Below are positions 55,554 to 64,000 of a DNA stretch of 64,000 nt, one piece after another; the stretch's first letter is position 1, and the number at the start of each line of letters is the position of its first letter. The DNA is from Eledone cirrhosa (Eukaryota). The position numbers and the translations under genes were made by a program. The notes under the pieces are model-generated. The model saw nothing but the letters and a program-made list of their open reading frames with translations. It was not told where the DNA came from and searched no databases. The stretch is taken from contig OZ024742.1 of assembly GCA_964016885.1 (NCBI GenBank), positions 200,880,001 through 200,944,000 on the forward strand, in the 5' to 3' direction.

Positions 55554-56103
55554 ATTTGTAGTTGTTCCAAATTGAAGGATGAGTATTTTAAACTTGATTT
55601 TATCATGAGTTAAGGCTCTATTGATTTTTCCCTGGATTTCACTAAATTTTGTTGGATGAATCTATATCCTGAATCTTTTTGAATTGAGTTTGAATTATTT
55701 TTCCCACATCTTACGTTAACTATTTTCCCATGTTGACGCTACAGTCACTTATACATTATGGAATACTGTTGGCTTCTTGCTACAATAATTTCTATACTTT
55801 TCATTTATATTTATACTCGGATTTCTTTCCTAGAGTGCTTAAATTATTTGTGACTAATCCCGGTCTTTTTTTAAAAAAAACCGCGATAATATTGCTTTTT
55901 GCTGAACTCCTTATTGTAGAGTTTTTTCGGAATGTTTTTGACTGTTGTTTCATGTAAACAAACATTCGTCTCATTCTGACGTCACCAGCCCTGTTTCCAC
56001 ATGTGCGTTTTATTTTCATAATCACGCATGATGTTAAACTAGCCTGCTTTTAAATTCCCTTTTTGGCATATTATAATCAGCGAGATTTTGGCTATCGTGT
56101 TGA

Positions 56104-56185
56104 GCTCTGCCGAGGATCGAATTTCAACCGTGACCATCCCCACTGAAAGTTTTCGTGAAACAGTCTTTTCAAGACTATACAGAGC
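56104..56185 (+). ncRNA. Type I hammerhead ribozyme with a U4C substitution
   Basis: GCTCTG-CCGAGGA-TCGAATTTCA...TGAAAGTTTTCGT-GAAA-CAGTCTT-TTC-AAGACTA-TA^-CAGAGC. Confidence 0.65.
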
Positions 56186-56435
56186 ATTTGTAGTTGTTCC
56201 AATTTGAAGGATGAGTATTTTAAACATTATTTTATCATGAGTTAAGACTCTATTGATTTTTCCTTGGATTTCACTAAATTCTGTTGGATGAATCTATATC
56301 CTGATTCCTTTTGAATTGAGTTTGAATTATTTTTCCCACATCTTATGTTAACTATTTTTCCCATTTTGTCGCTATAGTCACTTATATATTATAGAATACT
56401 GTTGGCTTCTTGCTACAATAATTTCTATAATTTTC

Positions 56436-56498
<63 letters not shown>

Positions 56499-56502
<4 letters not shown>

Positions 56503-56952
56503 AAAGAATAGAGGTGTAACACACAAGTTATTATATATTGGTAAACGGAATAGAAAATGCTGACAAATTGTTCACAGTTGAAAAATGGTTTAATTAGGAA
56601 TAAAAGAGTATTAGTAATTGTATGGGTTAGTATTCAGTTATGGTTTTACGTTTTTAAGTTTTTACCGGTTGCGCATTTCTAAATGCTTTTCAAAAATAAT
56701 TTTCAAAAATAATTTTGAGATAGTGTGTCCGTGTTGTTTGCTCTAATCAGATCAGAGCAAACAACACGGACACTCTATCTCAAAATTATTTTTGAAAAGC
56801 ATTTAGAAATGCGCAACCGGTAAAAACTTAAAAACTTAAAACCACAACTGAATACTAACCCATACAATTACTAATACTCTTTTATTCCTAATTAAACCAT
56901 TTTTCAACTGTGAACAATTTGTCAGCATTTTCTATTCCGTTTACCAATATAT
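56499..56952. mobile_element. ~420-bp fold-back palindrome (56532-56952) with a 33-nt tail
   Basis: Centre near 56749; short duplication in the left arm; (TA)n flanks. A non-palindromic copy lies at 62779-62960. Confidence 0.85.
56789..56825 (+). ncRNA. Hammerhead-like double variant (TTGAAAA core, GCAA instead of GAAA); mirror copy at 56660-56696 minus
   Basis: TTT-TTGAAAA-GCATTT-AG-AAATGC-GCAA-CCGG-TA-AAA. Confidence 0.5.
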
Positions 56953-57129
56953 ATATATATATATACACAGACAGACAAATGCATACATATATATGTGTAA
57001 CTGGACCTCGAAAACTAAGGTCGGGGACGCATGTTAACTGTATGAAGTTTAACATAACATATATATGTATGTATGCATGCATGTATGAATGTATGTATAT
57101 TGCATGCATGTATGTATGTATATATATAT

Positions 57130-57327
57130 ATAGGAAAATGTTTAAGCCGACGGCAGAGCTCAAGCCGTTTCGACGGCTATTTCTGGACTTAGTCCAGAAA
57201 TAGCCGACGAAACGGCTTGAGCTCTGCCGTCGAGGTTAAACATTTTCCTATTACCCACTCTACTACACTAAGTATTGAGTACTCTGGTGCGTTATGGTCC
57301 CTCTGGGCCTTACCACACCTCCTTCGT

Positions 57328-57328
<1 letters not shown>
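57130..57328. mobile_element. 122-bp fold-back palindrome with a 77-nt tail
   Basis: Centre at 57190. The family also occurs at 27839-27996 and 52438-52543. Confidence 0.75.
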
Positions 57329-57362
<34 letters not shown>

Positions 57363-57390
57363 GCACGCACGCATGCATGCACGCACGCAC

Positions 57391-57445
<55 letters not shown>

Positions 57446-57471
57446 AACACACACGCACGCACGCACACACA

Positions 57472-57503
<32 letters not shown>

Positions 57504-57829
57504 AACAAACACACACGCACGCACACACACTCACACACATATATATATATATATATATTACGCCCGTTAGTGTACACCATGAATGAGTCATGATACGTTT
57601 GTTTGTTACCCCAACTCACTTCGTTACGAGTTACAAACTACAACTCAGTAAGTAGCCTGAGTTTAGTTGTATGACATCCGAAACCTGACATACTGAAGTA
57701 TCCTTATCTTGTTTTCACATAGCATCAACTGAATTTAAACAACACTTCTAGCTTGAACCCTTGACATACACACACTCCCCCCCCCCCCCCGCCCACATAG
57801 ATATGCACACATCACGCATATATATATGC

Positions 57830-57918
<89 letters not shown>

Positions 57919-57920
57919 CA

Positions 57921-57996
<76 letters not shown>

Positions 57997-58253
57997 TATA
58001 TTCACATCTATCTCTGTGTGTTTGTGTTTGACACAAATACACACACACACACACATATATATAGGCCTTCACCCTGATTCCGCCTGTGAATTTGTGAGTT
58101 ATGTTAAGAGTACGCTTCCATTTTTAATTTAAGTTTAATGGCTAGAAATTCTAGTAAATCGAATAACAGTGCTCGTCGCCGAAAGGGAAGTAGTGTGTGT
58201 GTATGTATATATATGTATGTATATATATGTGTATATGTATATATATATATATA

Positions 58254-58512
<259 letters not shown>

Positions 58513-58518
58513 GTAAGA

Positions 58519-58571
<53 letters not shown>

Positions 58572-58879
58572 GGAAAAGAAACCAAAGAACGCTTACATAC
58601 TCAAACAGTCTTTATTCACTAACAATGTTTCATCCTCGCCTTTAGGTAGGCTCCATCAGAGCTCAACAAATACCGTATTGAGTATAAGCTCCACAATAAC
58701 TTAGTCACACGAACAATCAGAAAAAAAACAGAAAAAATAATAGGAGAATTGGAGAAAGCCAGCAAATAGGTTCATACTGGGTTACTAAGCAAAATACTAA
58801 GGTACAATTGGATTCAATAAGATGAAGACACAGTAGATGGCACTCAAAAATGTAGAATTTAAAATCAAAAAGTGTGAAA

Positions 58880-59280
58880 GCATTAAAAAGTACATAATAA
58901 ATACATAAAAATGCATAAAAATATATAAGAAATACATAAAAATACATAAAAATATATAAAAAGTACATAAGGAAATACAGCTAAATGTTAAAACATAATA
59001 TAAATTATATTAAAGTAATAAAAAATAATAAAAAATATAAAAATAAAGATAAAAAATAATAATAGAGATAATATAATAAAATGAAATGAAGAAAAATAAA
59101 ATAAAATAAAGTAAAATAATTAAATAAAAAATATATACTAAAAATAATTAAAATACAATAAATTAATATAAAAAAGTATAATAAAATAATAATAAATGAT
59201 AATGAAATAATAAAATAATATAATAATAAGATAAAATTAAATTAAAAAAGATTAAAAATATTTAATAAATTCAGAAAAAG
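58880..59280. repeat. Very A/T-rich low-complexity tract
   Basis: Direct inspection. Confidence 0.85.
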
Positions 59281-60148
59281 TTATATGTTATGAGTCCTTA
59301 GAGAAGCAAGTTATTACAAGCGCAGTTCTTAGCAACACAAGCGAGTATAATGTCTGTAGTCTATATACAGGCGTGGAGAGATCTTTTAGTACATCACAAA
59401 GGACCACAGTAATTTGAATGACCATCATACTATACATACGCAAGGTATGTCAGTAGGTACCCGAACTAGGTAGCCAATTCGTGTTCACAAGTATATAGAA
59501 AGGTATCACAAAGGCACAGGCATCACTCCAGTACATGTGGTTAATATATGGTATTGCTGAGTGAAACAAGTAAATACATTTAAGGCATAAAATGAAGCCA
59601 TGCATAAGCAGGTTTAGGTTAGTGTGCGATAGAATTTAAGCAGTCACAATATATTAGTTGTTATAAAAGTTGTTATCAAGTAATTGGCAAAGTTATTATT
59701 CATGCACAATTAGCAATAGAAGCAGGACTAATTGTTTACATATTCAATATATCATATATATATACACATACATACACACGCATATATATAAACATATATA
59801 TATATACACATATACACATATATGCTCGCAGGTTAAATATACATAGTATATTAAGCATAACAATTACATCATAACTCAAGAAAATGCATGCTGGATTACT
59901 ACAATAAACAACCACTACATGCAGAAAATCACAGGTCAACATTAAAACATTGTTCAAGAATCTTGGTGCGCCTGGAGATGAGGGTTGTACGTTTTTTAGG
60001 CGTGTGTAAAACCCCTGTGTAACGCCCCCCCCCCCATTGGGGATTTCAATTGTTATTTGTTATTTTATTAATAGTTTTATTTTCATATTCCTGTATGTAG
60101 ATCCCCATTTGTATTTGTACCCTTCTTTTGTGCCCTTGTGGCTAAATA

Positions 60149-61871
<1,723 letters not shown>

Positions 61872-62726
61872 TTACTTGCATATATTATAGTAGACGAAAG
61901 CAGGACCTTATATAGTGAAGGCAGTAACACTACATAACACTATCTATAAGTGTTTGCTAGCTCAGCATGTCTTCCTTCTGATCTCTGCATTATTTTCTAT
62001 CTATAACTTCCATACACTTTCTCACTCTTGCAGCTCATCGTTTATACATATAGTACACACCCATCTGCTATCTAGTTCCTTCTCTTTCTTTCCCTCTCTC
62101 TTATTTATACACTCATATATTCACACTATGTGTCTCTGTCAGTGTTTCTGTCTCTTTTCTTCTCTTCTCTTCTCGTATTAATTTGTCTCCATTTTTAAGT
62201 AGAAGTCGCTTGTGTTAATGATAAAGCATAACAGCTACTTGGATCTCTAGTGTTTCCAACTCTCATTAGTTCTAGTTGTGAAACAAGATGGCGAAGCGAT
62301 TGAAACAAGAGAGGCAGAGGAGAACCATTTGTTGGTTGTGAGCACGTGTATGGTGTGATAGAGAGGAGTGGATAGACGGTCAAAGAAGGATTTCAAAGGG
62401 TGTGCTTGGTATTCGAGTGGGATGTGGGATTTGTTGGAATGAATGAAAAAAAATGAAGAGGTTCGTAAGATGAATAGGAAGAAGTCCCATCTTTCCTCTC
62501 TGTCTTCGAATTAACAACTGTGGTAACATATCAAATTGCATACCTGTTCTTGTTTAATAATTATATTACAGACCATGCAGTCACATTAGTAGAGACATTA
62601 GAGTATCAGATTAACTGTCTCTGTTTTTAGTTCAAATTCCGCCGCGTTCACTTACCTTTTTCATATTTTCGAGGTCGATATCATAAAGAGACATCTCTTT
62701 ATCTGTTTCTCCTTGGCTGTACTGCA

Positions 62727-62778
<52 letters not shown>

Positions 62779-62781
<3 letters not shown>

Positions 62782-62954
62782 CAAACATCACGGACGCTCT
62801 ATCTCAAAATTATTTTTGAAAAGGATTAGAAATGCGCAACCGGTAAAACTTAAAACCAAACTGAATACTAACCAATTTATTACTAATTCTCACTTATTCC
62901 TAATTAAACTATTTTTCACTGTGAACAATTTGTCAGCATTTTCTTTTCCGTTTA

Positions 62955-62960
<6 letters not shown>
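62779..62960 (+). mobile_element. Solo copy of the 56.7-kb palindrome arm, with the same HHR-like variant (62813-62848)
   Basis: TTGAAAA...GCGCAACCGGTAAAA is conserved. Confidence 0.75.
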
Positions 62961-63021
<61 letters not shown>

Positions 63022-63025
<4 letters not shown>

Positions 63026-63214
63026 GTTATTCCGGGTTGAATCGGAGGTCACCACAGTAAGTAAGGTACTCAATACATAGCAGAGTATAACAGTTTTAAT
63101 ATAGATGAGATTCTACAGGACTAGAACTGTTTCATTCATTTGAAATCATCAGGATTCCTGATGATTTCAAATGAATGAAACAGTTCTAGTCCTGTAGAAT
63201 CTCATCTATATTAA

Positions 63215-63218
<4 letters not shown>
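63022..63218. mobile_element. 127-bp perfect palindrome (63092-63218) with a 70-nt tail; carries an HHR-like core
   Basis: Centre at 63155; CTGATGA at 63158, then GAAAC...GTC. The tail is homologous to 13820-13930. Confidence 0.8.
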
Positions 63219-63294
<76 letters not shown>

Positions 63295-63295
63295 G

Positions 63296-63387
<92 letters not shown>

Positions 63388-63780
63388 AGAGAGTATTGAA
63401 GTTTGCTTGAAGCATTGTGGAATAATAGGTAAATATCTTTAAGTCGTTTGGAAGCCTCGACAATGCAAATGGGTAAATCTCCGGGTAACAAGATCCGGTG
63501 GTGGAGAGAGAGATGTAAGTGGGTGTACGTTGAGATGCGTGGTGTGTATAAAATGTGTGAGATGTGTAGAATGAAGGGAAGAGTATAAAGGATAAAATAA
63601 AAATAACAACACAAGAGAGAGTTACCTTGGGAGAGATTTAATTGTCCCTATATATTTCGGATTCACATCCATCAACTGGGGTTTTTTTCCGGGGTGGGGG
63701 AAAGGTTGTCTGTCGGAAAGGTGCGAAATGCGTCCTCCGCTGTTTGTTGTTTTGAATATCTGCCAGATATTAAAAACAAC

Positions 63781-63847
<67 letters not shown>

Positions 63848-64000
63848 CTTCCATTCGCTAAGAATTTGAGATACCTTGACGTCACGAACCTATTCTAGAC
63901 CCCTAATCTTTTGATCCAGCGGAACATGGAGGGTGTGAGGGCTGGAAGAAAACCCAGTTGCAACGGTACACTGGGCCAGTAAATTCTTTATCAGGATTTG

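Larger units (their letters stand above)
55421..56440 (+). mobile_element. Tandem ~632-bp HHR-bearing unit (right block, ~1.6 copies)
   Basis: 55421-55808 is repeated at ~56052-56440, with (TA)n flanks. Confidence 0.85.

Noticed and set aside
58618-58662. Minus-strand CTGATGG...GAAACATTGTT motif
   Set aside because: A9 is changed and helices I and II are weak; not supportable as an HHR.
63643-63681. Minus-strand GGAT/ATCC-GAAATATATA-GGG motif
   Set aside because: The core reads CAGTTGAT, too divergent to call.

Overview
This is AT-rich, repeat-saturated animal genomic DNA. The SINE families and microsatellite load resemble an octopus or other coleoid cephalopod genome, which is an inference. 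I could not support any host protein-coding gene, and almost all listed ORFs are microsatellite or minisatellite artefacts. All real coding remnants are transposon pseudogenes: a Helitron Rep/PIF1 helicase, an R4/Dong-like RT, an RTE-like RT, a Tc1 transposase, a Penelope-like (PLE) RT and a Tx1/L1-like LINE. There are also three non-autonomous Helitrons, more than 20 tRNA-derived SINE copies and large minisatellites. The main hidden signal is a dense set of type I hammerhead ribozyme (HHR) motifs in short non-coding elements embedded in (TA)n tracts. They include (1) a ~632-nt tandem unit with a complete HHR (retrozyme or pLTR-like, predicted to release unit-length, possibly circular RNA); (2) several near-perfect fold-back palindromes that put mirror-image HHRs on both strands; (3) core variants (U3-A8, U3-A8 plus GCAA, U-U at the base of helix II); and (4) a ~148-nt covarying multibranch structure with HHR-like ends. 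All structures were folded by eye and catalytic activity is untested.
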